DNA of 64,000 nt from Promethearchaeota archaeon Loki_b32 (GCA_005223125.1 NJBH01000011.1:43570-107569), one strand, 5' to 3'; positions 41,585 through 51,935 are shown, counted from the first letter of the stretch. The notes: generated by a model not told the origin, from the letters alone. Program-made: numbers and translations.

Positions 41585-42163
41585 TTATTGACTTACTCTT
41601 AAATAAATACCTTTATCAATTAAATTAATAGCAATAATATCTTTTGGTTTAACTTCCTGAATGTCTTGATAATCAAATTTAGACCTAATTAATGCCAGGA
41701 CTTCCTCATATTTATTGATAACTAATAAGAGATCTTTCTTTCTTAAAGAAATAGGAAATTTAATTATCATATTTTTCAAAATATTATTTCCATAAAGAAT
41801 TGATTTTTCTCCTTTATCATTCACATAGATTCTTCTAAAACTAGAAAGTTTATTGTTTTTATATAAAAATTCAGCGCCTTCTAAACTTATATGGAAATTT
41901 CCTTTCTTAATAAAACCAAAATATAAACCTGCTGAGATTATTCTATCACTTTTCAAAGATTGTAATAAGGTATATTGATCTTTTGAAATTAGAAAAATAT
42001 TTGGGAATATACTTCTTGATGTTAAACTTTCTGTTGAAAAATATAAAAATTTTTTAAAATTATTAATAATTTGCTGGAAATCTGAAGAGATTTTAGTAAG
42101 TGAAGTAATTATTATTTTCTCTTCAATTTCATTGATCCTTCTAAACTCCAATGTTTCACTCAT
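41585..42163 (-). CDS. NIP7-like PUA-domain ribosome biogenesis protein
   Basis: SAGLYFG...FHISLEG, GEKSILYGN, IDKGIYLR; near the Nop2 homolog. Confidence 0.75.
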   Translation of the reverse strand: MSETLEFRRINEIEEKIIITSLTKISSDFQQIINNFKKFLYFSTESLTSRSIFPNIFLISKDQYTLLQSLKSDRIISAGLYFGFIKKGNFHISLEGAEFLYKNNKLSSFRRIYVNDKGEKSILYGNNILKNMIIKFPISLRKKDLLLVINKYEEVLALIRSKFDYQDIQEVKPKDIIAINLIDKGIYLRVSQ

Positions 42164-42242
42164 AATTAATTAAAATAAAAAGAAATAAGAGGTTTTATTA
42201 TTATTAATCTATAAAGGTATTAAAAAATAGTGTTATCTAAAA

Positions 42243-42956
42243 ATGGGTATTCGTAAGATAGAAGATGAGATTGATTTAAAAGAAGCGATGAAAAAAAAAG
42301 CAACAGAGCTAAAGATGAAAGATATGCAAGCAAAAGCCTCTGTTGAAAAATTTACGAAAGATAAGCTTAGAGAATTAGCTAAGCAACATGGTATTTTATT
42401 AGCTCTTACACCAGAATTAAGACAAGAAGTAAAAGAGTTGCAGAAAAAGTACAATATTCCATCTTCAAAAATTATTACTGAACAAATTACTGAGCATGAC
42501 GTATTGAGAAAATTCTCTAAAATTGATTACCAAAAATTGGGAATGTTAGCATATCAGAGAGTTTTAATGAGTAAAGAAGAAACTGGAGGAATAATCCCTT
42601 TATCAGAAGTGTTTGAATTAGTGAGTACTGGAATCTTGAAAGGCAATCTTGATGTGAAAGATGTGGAAAAATCTTTAAAACTACTGAAGAAAACAAGAGT
42701 TATTGAAGACGTAACTGAATTAGATTCTGGTGCTATTATTGTTCGGTTTTTTCCGATTCAATATACAGGGGATGAAGCGAAAGTTGTTAATTTGGCTAAA
42801 GAAAAAGGCGTCCTTACTTTAGAAGATGTATGTAGTAATTTAAACTGGTCACAAGATCGTGCTATAAGAGCATTAAAGTCGCTCGAAATAAGTGGTATTA
42901 CAAAATTTAGAGAAAATCTCTTAACAGGGAAACAATGGTATTTCCCATCATTATAA
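42243..42956 (+). CDS. vps22: ESCRT-II Vps22/Vps36-like (EAP30 domain)
   Basis: LRELAKQHG...PELR, TGGIIPLSEV, LNWSQDRA...WYFPSL. Confidence 0.82.
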   Translation: MGIRKIEDEIDLKEAMKKKATELKMKDMQAKASVEKFTKDKLRELAKQHGILLALTPELRQEVKELQKKYNIPSSKIITEQITEHDVLRKFSKIDYQKLGMLAYQRVLMSKEETGGIIPLSEVFELVSTGILKGNLDVKDVEKSLKLLKKTRVIEDVTELDSGAIIVRFFPIQYTGDEAKVVNLAKEKGVLTLEDVCSNLNWSQDRAIRALKSLEISGITKFRENLLTGKQWYFPSL

Positions 42957-42971
42957 TAATAGCATAATTTT

Positions 42972-43877
42972 TTATTCTAATTCAATTTTAAACGCTAATT
43001 TTCCATTTTCTAACTTTAGGATTTTAGCTCTACGATTCTTTGCTAAAATCTTGAAAATCTCCTCCAAATCTTCAAGGGGAAGTGTACTAAAATCTTCTTG
43101 TTTTGCTTCTCTTAATTCATATATCATAATAGGTTCGATTTTACCGTTATCATAAGCCCATTTCCATATCTCATCAGACCATACTTCAAGAGTTTTCCAG
43201 TATACTCTTAATCCTTCTTTTTTTTTTGATAACCACTTAGCTTGTTTTTGGCTAATTAATTCTTCAGCAATTTCTATTATATATTGTTCACGTTTGGTGA
43301 AATTTACAAATGGTTTATGTGTAATTACCTCTCTGGTGTATAATATATGAAGAACAGCAAATCTTACATAATCAAAAAGAACTTTTGCCCATTCTGTTTT
43401 CCATGAAATATAATCGTTTTTATTTTTATTTTTATCAGGCATTGTATACATGAATTTTTTCCTTTCTTCCTCTATCCATGGATAAGCAGTTAATAAATTT
43501 TCATAAGCAGTTAATTTTTTTTCTAATAAACCCTTTTCTCCGATAATTTCTTCTTCTAGAGTTTGCAATTCGGCTTCAACTTGCTCTGCATGCTTTTGAT
43601 AAACTTTATGATCGATCTCTCCTAATTTTGAAGATAATATATCTTCTAGTTTTTCAAATTGATCTTCTATATAATCTAACTCAGTAGATTTAATTTCATC
43701 TTCTTTTATGATTTGCTTTTGAGCAGCTTCTATTTCTAACTGTTCTTTTTCTTGTTTTAATTTTCTTAATCTTGCTAATTCTTTCCTTAATTCCTCTAGC
43801 TCTTTTTCAGCTTGTTCCTTAACTTCTTTAGGAATTTCTGTAGATTTTTCTCTCTGTCTTTCCATAGTAATCCTCAA
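42972..43877 (-). CDS. vps25: ESCRT-II Vps25-like protein with N-terminal coiled coil
   Basis: WAKVLFDY, YWKTLEVWSDEIWKWA...IYEL match the Vps25 winged helices. Confidence 0.8.
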   Translation of the reverse strand: MRITMERQREKSTEIPKEVKEQAEKELEELRKELARLRKLKQEKEQLEIEAAQKQIIKEDEIKSTELDYIEDQFEKLEDILSSKLGEIDHKVYQKHAEQVEAELQTLEEEIIGEKGLLEKKLTAYENLLTAYPWIEEERKKFMYTMPDKNKNKNDYISWKTEWAKVLFDYVRFAVLHILYTREVITHKPFVNFTKREQYIIEIAEELISQKQAKWLSKKKEGLRVYWKTLEVWSDEIWKWAYDNGKIEPIMIYELREAKQEDFSTLPLEDLEEIFKILAKNRRAKILKLENGKLAFKIELE

Positions 43878-43883
43878 AATTTA

Positions 43884-45095
43884 TTATACTTCTCCGAATT
43901 CCTCTGCCCAATCGTTATATTGTTTTAGTAGTGCTGGATGTGTCATTGGTTTTACTTTTTTGAGTGTTTTTTTGAAATCTTTCAAATTAATATCTCTAAC
44001 ATTAACTTCTTTATTAGAATCTTCTAAAAGACCACTCATATCTAATTCACGTACTGGCAACATTATTACCTCACGACATACATTTGCAATATCTCTACCG
44101 GAATAACCCTCACTTCTAACAGCTAATTCAACGTAATCTTCATTGGATAATGCTGAATCTACTCCTTCAGTATGAATCTTAAAGATTCCAGCTCTAGCTT
44201 TTAAATCTGGAAGAGGAACATGCACTCTTTTTTCAAATCTACTTAACATAGCATTGTCTATATCCCAAGGGCGATTTGTTGCCCCTAATACCAATAATAT
44301 TTTGTCATGAGTTGATTTCAATCCTTGTATTTCACTTAATAACTGTGTTTTAACTCTTCGCTCGCCACCACTCTCAGAACCCTCTCCCCGTTTTGTTGCT
44401 ACTGAATCTATTTCATCCATAAATATTAAACTAGGTGCTTTTAATCTCGCAACTTTAAACAAAGAACTGATTAATTTTTCACTTTCACCTAACCATTTGC
44501 TTAGTAAATCAGCAGAAGATGCACTAAAAAATGTAGCATTACATTCAGTTGCAGCTGCTTTCGCTAATAATGTTTTACCACATCCAGGAGGTCCAAAGAG
44601 TAATATCCCGGACCAAGGCCTTCTCGCTCCGGTAAATAATTCTGGTTTTGCTATTGGTAAAACTATAGCTTCTCTTACAGCTTGTTTAACATTTTCTAAA
44701 CCTGCAATATCATTCCATTTTACATTAGGAGATTCTGTAACAATTGTACCCGATATCATATCTATGAGTTCTTGTTCTTCGGATGATACTCCAGCTTCAG
44801 CTTTCGATTTATCATCACCCCCTGACACACCCGGTCTTCTAGAGAGTCTCGCGCTTCTAGGTCCACCAAGCTGAGATTTCAATATTTTTGCGCGATCAAC
44901 ATATTCTTCGATATTTTTTTGACATAACATTCTCATCTGAGGGTTCTTATTATATTTCATAAATTGCATCAATATTTCAGCTGCACGTTGATATTTGTTT
45001 ATAGCTTGTCTGTATTTGCCCTGACTATCTAGAGCAACTGCCTCCTTTGCTGTCGATACAGCATATTGATAAAGTTTCGAATCTACCGACGACAT
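43884..45095 (-). CDS. vps4: Vps4 AAA+ ATPase (MIT plus AAA)
   Basis: MIT AVALDSQGKY..A; PNVKWNDIAGL, GPPGCGKT, SKWLGESEK, FMDEID, ATNRPW. Confidence 0.93.
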   Translation of the reverse strand: MSSVDSKLYQYAVSTAKEAVALDSQGKYRQAINKYQRAAEILMQFMKYNKNPQMRMLCQKNIEEYVDRAKILKSQLGGPRSARLSRRPGVSGGDDKSKAEAGVSSEEQELIDMISGTIVTESPNVKWNDIAGLENVKQAVREAIVLPIAKPELFTGARRPWSGILLFGPPGCGKTLLAKAAATECNATFFSASSADLLSKWLGESEKLISSLFKVARLKAPSLIFMDEIDSVATKRGEGSESGGERRVKTQLLSEIQGLKSTHDKILLVLGATNRPWDIDNAMLSRFEKRVHVPLPDLKARAGIFKIHTEGVDSALSNEDYVELAVRSEGYSGRDIANVCREVIMLPVRELDMSGLLEDSNKEVNVRDINLKDFKKTLKKVKPMTHPALLKQYNDWAEEFGEV

Positions 45096-45113
45096 GATAA
45101 CTTTATAAAAACA

Positions 45114-45191
45114 ATTTTATTATTTATAGCTATTCTAATTTAACAATCAGTAATATTAATAATTCTAACCGTATATATCAAATTTACTCTT
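45114..45191. repeat. Left copy of 78-bp imperfect direct repeat
   Basis: 71/78 identical to 49223-49300; starts 19 bp upstream of the vps4 start. Confidence 0.9.
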
Positions 45192-45395
45192 AGAAAGAAA
45201 GATAAAATATTCAACATTTATATTATTGACATATTTTAAATATAATGGAAGAAAAAGAAAAGAATTTACGCATGAACCTTTCTAGAATTCTGTTGTCAAT
45301 TTAACAATTAAGTTTTATGGAATTATAAAATGTAATTATATATTTATATTTTTGAATTACCTTTATTATTTTAAAAGACAAATATAAGAAGTGAA

Positions 45396-46586
45396 ATGGT
45401 AGAGTTCAAGATCAATAAATATATTACATTAAAACTTGAATGGAAAAAGACTAATATCTACGTAAATAACAGACTATTTAATCAGTGTAAATACATATTA
45501 ACAAGAAAAAAGATCTCTGATTTAGAAGATCTCCTTGAAATGGAATCAGTCGATGAATTATCGGAAAGTTCAATAGACTCTTTTTTAGAGAATTCATGGG
45601 ATGACCTTAGGGATTTTGAGCCTGAATTCATAGACATCCCAATAGAAACAAGATTCTGGGTTCATTGTTCAAATTTACAAGTCTGGGCAGAAAATAATTA
45701 TGATACAAGATTACTTCATAGTAACCTCTCATTTCCCTTATTGAAGCGATTGGCGAAAGCAGGTGATCCTACTGCTAAAATGGTATTCAAAGAAGAAATT
45801 GCTAAAAGATTTGCATCAAACTACCCTTCAGTGATAAACTTTCTCACTGAAAAGGGGTATGATGAATATTTGAGTAGGGAAGAGTTTTTTAATAGTATTC
45901 TTTCTAATAATCAAGCCGATACTATGATTGAATTAGAAAAAGTAGTGAATATGAGATACAGTCTGAATGATACTGTCAATAAACCACTTAGGGAAGATAA
46001 TGGAGAAGAAGTATACTTTGCTATAGATAATAGAAATGTCGTAGAACTTGAACTTTATTACAATGAAACACATCCAGAATATTTATTAGATTTAATTCAT
46101 AATTTCAATAAGCTAAAAGTACTATATTTATATCTTAGTGAATATACTGAAATATTTCCTAAAACATCACGGAAGTTCAATTCTTTGTTAGAATTAAAAG
46201 TTGCGATATATGGTTGGACAAAGATTCCAGATATATTTGATAAATTTCCAAATTTGAAGACTTTAGAGATTCATGGAGAAGGAATTGTGAATGAACTAAA
46301 TTCAATTACCAAACTCAAACAATTAGAAACCTTAAAACTGATCTATGTGAATATAGATAAGCTTCCAGACTCATTAGGAGACCTAAAATCGTTAAAAAAT
46401 TTATTAATAAGTAATACAAATATTGATACTCTTCCAGATTCAATTGGAACCTTAAAAAATTTATCTTATCTTAGGCTATTAAGAAACCCGTTAAAAGAAT
46501 TACCGAGTTCAATAAAAAATCTAAAAAATCTAAAAAAAATAAAGTTAGATAAAAATCTTCTAGAAAATCTCAGACAAGAGAAATAA
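45396..46586 (+). CDS. Leucine-rich repeat protein with Loki-type N-terminal domain
   Basis: FKINKYITLKL...FWVHCSNLQVW...LLHSNLSFPLLKRL; LPDSIGTLKNLSYLRL repeats. Confidence 0.85.
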   Translation: MVEFKINKYITLKLEWKKTNIYVNNRLFNQCKYILTRKKISDLEDLLEMESVDELSESSIDSFLENSWDDLRDFEPEFIDIPIETRFWVHCSNLQVWAENNYDTRLLHSNLSFPLLKRLAKAGDPTAKMVFKEEIAKRFASNYPSVINFLTEKGYDEYLSREEFFNSILSNNQADTMIELEKVVNMRYSLNDTVNKPLREDNGEEVYFAIDNRNVVELELYYNETHPEYLLDLIHNFNKLKVLYLYLSEYTEIFPKTSRKFNSLLELKVAIYGWTKIPDIFDKFPNLKTLEIHGEGIVNELNSITKLKQLETLKLIYVNIDKLPDSLGDLKSLKNLLISNTNIDTLPDSIGTLKNLSYLRLLRNPLKELPSSIKNLKNLKKIKLDKNLLENLRQEK

Positions 46587-46836
46587 TCTAATCCTCAAGA
46601 AAGATATCTCTTATCGTCTTATCGTATTTAGTAGTCCCATTCTTGATTTTATGCATATAATTTCTTATAATAACTACTTTTGAATTCGTAAAATTAATTC
46701 TATAATAATATTCTCTATATATTATTCAATCTAATAATTTGATTTATAAATTAATTTAATAGAAAAGTTAAACTCTCAAAAAATATATCAAAATTTATTA
46801 ATTTTTGTTTAAAAAGTTTGGATTGGATACTATTCT

Positions 46837-47610
46837 ATGCTAAGTAAAATACAAAAAATTACTCTGGGTACTAAAGAGTGGGCAGATAGCAATGTAAACT
46901 GCTACTTAGGCTGTTCAAATAATTGTCGATATTGTTATGCGAAAAAAATGGCAATAAGATTTAATAGGAGGACTGAGGATACGTGGAGAATAATGATCCC
47001 TAATCAAAAAAACATTAAAAAAGGGTATGCTAAGAGAAAAGGGAGGGTCATGTTCCCCAGTTCTCATGATATTACATATGAAAGTTTAGAAGGCTGCATT
47101 ATTGTATTAGAGAAACTTTTAAATGCAGGAAACGATGTGTTGATTACTACTAAACCTAGATTAAAATGTATTAAAAAGATTTGCAGGCTTTTTTTTAAAA
47201 AAAAAGAATTAATCCAATTTAGGTTTACCATAACTTCACTTTCAAATGAACTATTAAAATTTTGGGAGCCCTTTGCTCCTTTATTTGAGGAAAGAATCAA
47301 TGCATTGAAATTTGCATTTAATAAGGGTTATATGACTAGTGTCTCAATTGAGCCCTTTTTAGATGAAGACCCTTTTACCTTGGTCGAAACTCTATATCCT
47401 TATATAACTGAATCAATATGGATTGGGAAAATGAATTATGTTTTCACCAAGAATATAAAGTCTAAATTCATCAATTTTTATAACCATATTGAAAAGATAA
47501 ACTCTAAAGAAAATCTGTTAAGGATCGTAAAGAGAGCAAAAAATTATGATGAATCTATTATTAGAATTAAGGATAGCATTCATAATTTTTTAAATAAAAA
47601 CAATATATAA
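46837..47610 (+). CDS. Radical SAM protein (DUF5131/Gp37Gp68- or SPL-like)
   Basis: EWADSNVN...GCSNNCRYCYAKKMA, ITTK, VSIEP, WIG. Confidence 0.8.
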   Translation: MLSKIQKITLGTKEWADSNVNCYLGCSNNCRYCYAKKMAIRFNRRTEDTWRIMIPNQKNIKKGYAKRKGRVMFPSSHDITYESLEGCIIVLEKLLNAGNDVLITTKPRLKCIKKICRLFFKKKELIQFRFTITSLSNELLKFWEPFAPLFEERINALKFAFNKGYMTSVSIEPFLDEDPFTLVETLYPYITESIWIGKMNYVFTKNIKSKFINFYNHIEKINSKENLLRIVKRAKNYDESIIRIKDSIHNFLNKNNI

Positions 47611-47785
47611 TAATTAAATCAAGATTTAAAATATTTAACAAAAAATTACTAAACTTATTATCATTGGGAAATTAAAACAATTATTATTTTTAAATTCTAT
47701 AAAGTAAAAATCGAATCTTTATGTCGGTTTTTGTCGGTTTTTATGTAATTTATACAATAATTACCTAATAATTTTATTTATAAAG

Positions 47786-48814
47786 GTGTTCCTTAACATT
47801 ATTCATCAAATGGCTAATACTAAGAAGAAAACCAATTTTGAATTTCATCTGCAAAATATAAAGAAGTTAGATAATGATTGGAGATTTTTAGAAAAAATTC
47901 CAAATTTTCCTTATAAAAATCCAAATTTTTACTATTCTAGGGGTGATAATAGCGGATGGTGGATGGCTATCAAGCAAACCGCTTTCAGAGGATATATAAC
48001 CGCATATCTCTCAATTTTGGGGAAAGTAAGTGACCGGAAACTTTATTTTATTGATCCTTTAAGTAGTTATGGTTTGGTTAGAGTTACGAAAAATCAGGGA
48101 AAAGATAGATTTACATTCCCTGGTACTTCTATTAATGCTGAATTAATATCTAATCGTAAAAAAAAAGGATTTGATGGTTTTTATATAAATGATTTAAAGC
48201 CTACAGAAAGAAAAATATTAAACGAGAGAATGTTGTCAATTAAAAATTATTATAAAAGTAATAGTGAAATCAACATTGACTTAAGTAACGATAGAATTGA
48301 TTCTAATAAATGGCTCATTGATACAATGAGAGTTATCGATGAGGAAAATAGTTTTTATCATTGTTTGATCATAATTGATAATCAAGCTATGGATATCTAT
48401 TATGATACTATTCAGCAAGTTAGAGAAATCAGTGAATTTAGTGATGTTATAATTACTTTTCAAGACGCTAATATTGCTCGAGCAGTTCCCTCAGGAACTC
48501 CAAAGATTAAGAAGTTTTTTGGATGTGAAATTCCCACTGACACAAAAGATCCAAGAAAAGTCTTATGTAATATATATTGTTCCCAATTAAGCAAAGTTAA
48601 TTTACCTAAAATTCAGAAAATGAAAGTGGCTTCTGAAAATAAATTTTACTATACATTATTATTTTGTTGTCGACAGAAAGCCACAGGAAAATGGTTTAAA
48701 ATAATCAAATATTACAATGATGAAAGATTTAAGAACTTCACAGATAGAGATCAAAAAAGAATGTGGGACATTAAGGAAGGTAAACAGCTAAGTCTTACTC
48801 ATGATTGGAATTGA
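47786..48814 (+). CDS. Three-Cys-motif partner (TcmP)-like methyltransferase-fold protein
   Basis: K...YITAYLSIL, LYFIDPLSSYG, PGTSI, IIID, YYTLLF, KQLSL tail; next to a DUF5131-like radical SAM gene. Confidence 0.6.
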   Translation: MFLNIIHQMANTKKKTNFEFHLQNIKKLDNDWRFLEKIPNFPYKNPNFYYSRGDNSGWWMAIKQTAFRGYITAYLSILGKVSDRKLYFIDPLSSYGLVRVTKNQGKDRFTFPGTSINAELISNRKKKGFDGFYINDLKPTERKILNERMLSIKNYYKSNSEINIDLSNDRIDSNKWLIDTMRVIDEENSFYHCLIIIDNQAMDIYYDTIQQVREISEFSDVIITFQDANIARAVPSGTPKIKKFFGCEIPTDTKDPRKVLCNIYCSQLSKVNLPKIQKMKVASENKFYYTLLFCCRQKATGKWFKIIKYYNDERFKNFTDRDQKRMWDIKEGKQLSLTHDWN

Positions 48815-49016
48815 AACGTTTTAATGATTTTTTACTATTATCCTCCTTTTTATGTTATGAAATTTGTATTATAATGTAAAAAAAATTTCGATTAAAGAGT
48901 ATCATATGACAATTTTTCCTATTTATTATTAAAATCTAATTCCCTTATTTATTAAATCATTAAAAGAACTTCATAAAATAAATATAACATTAAGTTCATT
49001 CTTATTATTTGAGATA

Positions 49017-49223
49017 ATGCATAAAATTTTCTTTCGGAATCAAGGTCAAGGAAAAGAGATCTCATTATCTGAAGATCATCTTCTAAATATACTTATCAAT
49101 GAGTTTCAATTTGCTAATGATATTGAAATTAACTTATGTTTGTTCGGGAATCTAGGGAATGAACTTTTTCTTGACCCTCACCTAGAAAGGAAATTAGAAA
49201 ATGAAATTAAAGATAGAAGCTGA
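49017..49223 (+). CDS. Small hypothetical protein or gene remnant
   Basis: 68-aa ORF whose stop abuts the right direct repeat. Confidence 0.3.
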   Translation: MHKIFFRNQGQGKEISLSEDHLLNILINEFQFANDIEINLCLFGNLGNELFLDPHLERKLENEIKDRS

Positions 49224-49300
49224 TTTTACTATTTATAGCTAATCTTATTTAACAATCAGTAATATTAATAGTTTTATCAGTATATATCAAATTTACTCTT
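49223..49300. repeat. Right copy of 78-bp imperfect direct repeat
   Basis: 71/78 identical to 45114-45191. Confidence 0.9.
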
Positions 49301-49392
49301 TAAATGAATGAGAATAAAGAATGGTCTCCAAAAAATTAAATACCCATCATAGCATTTATATATTATATAATTACTAATTAGATTTGATAAAT

Positions 49393-50028
49393 ATGGGTTT
49401 TCTAAAGGATATTTCAAAATGGTTGTCTGGTGGTAAGAGTAAAGATGGTCCCCGCTCTGCTGCGATTAAATTGAAAGTATTTAATAAAAGATTGATGAGA
49501 CAAACAAAAAAATTAGAAATTAGCGCAAAACTTGCAAGAGATAAAGCCGTAAATTTAAGAAAACAGGGAGATTTAGACGGTTCAAAATTTCATGCGAGGA
49601 ATTACCTTCAAGTAAAGAAGCAAGCGAGAGCTGTGGAAATGTTTCGCACCAATTTGGAAGGGCTCCTTTTCAAATTAGAACAAGCAAATGCAGTTAAAGA
49701 CGTATCTCAAATCATGACAGGTATTGCCCAGTCTCTAGCAACTTTAAAAAGCCAGCTTTCGGTGCCACAAATGACACAATTGATGAGTCAAATCGACATT
49801 GACATGGAAGAATTTGCCGTTACTGCTGATATCGCAACAGACGGTATGGATAGTATCAGTATTGATACTGCTGTGATGGATTCAGACGTATCTGAGGTTC
49901 TCGGAGAAATTGATGCCGAAATCCAGGTAGAAATGGGAGTTGCTTTACCAAGTGCGGCTTCTGGTGCTTCTGATGAGAAGATAGCTGAATTAGAGAAAGA
50001 ATTAAAGCGATTGAAATCTGACGAATAA
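49393..50028 (+). CDS. ESCRT-III Snf7-domain protein (Vps2/24/46-like)
   Basis: Basic helical N-half, acidic C-half, C-terminal MIM1-like IAELEKELKRLK; start placed at MGFLKD. Confidence 0.88.
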   Translation: MGFLKDISKWLSGGKSKDGPRSAAIKLKVFNKRLMRQTKKLEISAKLARDKAVNLRKQGDLDGSKFHARNYLQVKKQARAVEMFRTNLEGLLFKLEQANAVKDVSQIMTGIAQSLATLKSQLSVPQMTQLMSQIDIDMEEFAVTADIATDGMDSISIDTAVMDSDVSEVLGEIDAEIQVEMGVALPSAASGASDEKIAELEKELKRLKSDE

Positions 50029-50221
50029 AGTTAGTCTTTTTATTATTCACTTAATTTAATCACTCGGCAAAATTGAGGCAAGTTTGATTTTTATATTCAA
50101 TTTTTAATCAATAATCAAGATCTTTTTTCAAAAGATAAGAAATAATAAAAAATATAAGTATTTCCTTTAGATTAAATTTAAAAAGATACTAAATAATTAT
50201 TGATTTAATTATATAACTATT

Positions 50222-50782
50222 TTGAGCAGAATGGATTTTAACTTTAAAGTTATTATTATTGGACCTCCTGCTGTGGGTAAGACAAGCCTTCTAAATAGAT
50301 TTATACATAACGACTTTAAATTGAGTTATAAAATGACTGTTGGTGTTGATTTTTTAACTAAAGCTTTGGAATATGAACCATCCAAATTTGTTAAACTCCA
50401 TATTTGGGATATAGGAGGTCAAGAAAAATTTAAATTTCTCCATCGTAGCTTTTACGAAGGCGCATTTGGTGCATTTATTGTATTTGATCTCTTAAGACAT
50501 CAAACATTTTCAAGTATGAAAACTTGGCTTTCAGAAATGCGTAGCATTGTAATTGATGATATTCCTAAAGTAATAATAGGAAATAAGTCCGATTTAATAC
50601 CTGAAATTGGTCAGATTATAGATAGGAGTGAAGTAGAAGAATATGCAAAAAAAAAAGGCTGTTTTTATGTTGAAACATCAGCTAAAACCGGAGAAAATGT
50701 TGAAAATGCTTTTCTCGAACTTACAAATCGCATGATAGAGAAAATGGGGAAGATTATTAACAATAATAAAGAAAATCTATAA
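50222..50782 (+). CDS. Rab-like small GTPase
   Basis: GPPAVGKT, TVGVDF, WDIGGQE, GNKSD, ETSAK; no C-terminal Cys. Confidence 0.92.
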   Translation: MSRMDFNFKVIIIGPPAVGKTSLLNRFIHNDFKLSYKMTVGVDFLTKALEYEPSKFVKLHIWDIGGQEKFKFLHRSFYEGAFGAFIVFDLLRHQTFSSMKTWLSEMRSIVIDDIPKVIIGNKSDLIPEIGQIIDRSEVEEYAKKKGCFYVETSAKTGENVENAFLELTNRMIEKMGKIINNNKENL

Positions 50783-50912
50783 AATCAATTAAATAAAACC
50801 AAGAATTAAAGCTATTTTTTCAATTCTCTAAACAGCATTTCTTAGCAAAATTATTAAAAGACTTATTTCTATTTTAAACTTATTCTACAAATCAAAATTT
50901 TGTATTTATTAA

Positions 50913-51935
50913 GTGATAATTATGAATTTACCAGAATTAATTACAATTGGAAGTAATACCTTAGATATAATAATCGACATCGATGACATATTACGCTTCG
51001 AGCTATTCGATAAAGATATAATAAAAAAATATACTGCAATTGAATACTCTCGTAAATTAAATGTAAAAAACGTCCGGTTTATTCCAGGAGGGTCGGGGGC
51101 TAATATAGCTGCAAATTGTTCTATGCTTGGTTTAAATAGTACATATATTGGAGTAATGGGGAATGATTTTTCGGCAGAAATTTGCTTAACTGACTTAAAG
51201 AAACGAGGTGTAGATCTCTCTCAAGTGATTCAAACTGATGCGGATACTACAGCATTATCAATAATTTTAAGGACACCTTGGGGAAAAGATCGTAGTATAC
51301 TTGCTTATAAAGGTGCTAATAATTTATTAAAACCTTCAGACGTTAAAGAAGAACTATTTAATAATATTAGAGCGTTCGCATGGACATCCTTAACAACAGA
51401 GGATAGTTGTAAAGCTATAGAAAAAGCAATAACTCTTACAAAAAACAAGGGAGGTATGGTGTTTGCAGCACCTAGCATGTCAATTATAAAAAATGCTCCA
51501 AATTGGGCAAAAATCTTGATTTCCAATTCTGATGTTGTTTCACTAAATTTAGAAGAAGCCCAAGAGTTTACAGGAGAAAGTAAAAAAACTCTTATGATTA
51601 AAATTTTCTTAGATATGGGAATAAAACTGATTTCTATCACTGATGGACCAAATGGATCAATTATTTCTGATGGTAAAACCATTATCAATAGTGGAGTTTA
51701 TAGCGCAGGTAAGGTCGAAGATACGACAGGCGCAGGTGATGCTTTCTTAACTGGAATCTTAATTTCTCGTCTTAACAATATTTCTCTTGAAAAAACTTCA
51801 AAGATAGCTACTGCTATGTCTTTCTTAGAAAGTAAAGAAATTGGAGTTCGTGAAGGATTACCCAATAGCATACAAGAACTTGAAGATTTTGTAAGTAATT
51901 ACACTATCAAACAAGTTATTTCGGAAATTGTATAA
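50913..51935 (+). CDS. PfkB family carbohydrate kinase
   Basis: PGGSGANIA, DTTGAGDAF. Confidence 0.9.
   Translation: MIIMNLPELITIGSNTLDIIIDIDDILRFELFDKDIIKKYTAIEYSRKLNVKNVRFIPGGSGANIAANCSMLGLNSTYIGVMGNDFSAEICLTDLKKRGVDLSQVIQTDADTTALSIILRTPWGKDRSILAYKGANNLLKPSDVKEELFNNIRAFAWTSLTTEDSCKAIEKAITLTKNKGGMVFAAPSMSIIKNAPNWAKILISNSDVVSLNLEEAQEFTGESKKTLMIKIFLDMGIKLISITDGPNGSIISDGKTIINSGVYSAGKVEDTTGAGDAFLTGILISRLNNISLEKTSKIATAMSFLESKEIGVREGLPNSIQELEDFVSNYTIKQVISEIV

Larger units (their letters stand above)
45114..49300. mobile_element. Putative integrated cassette within the ESCRT locus
   Basis: Direct repeats flank LRR, radical SAM, TcmP-like and a small ORF; no integrase inside. Confidence 0.6.
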
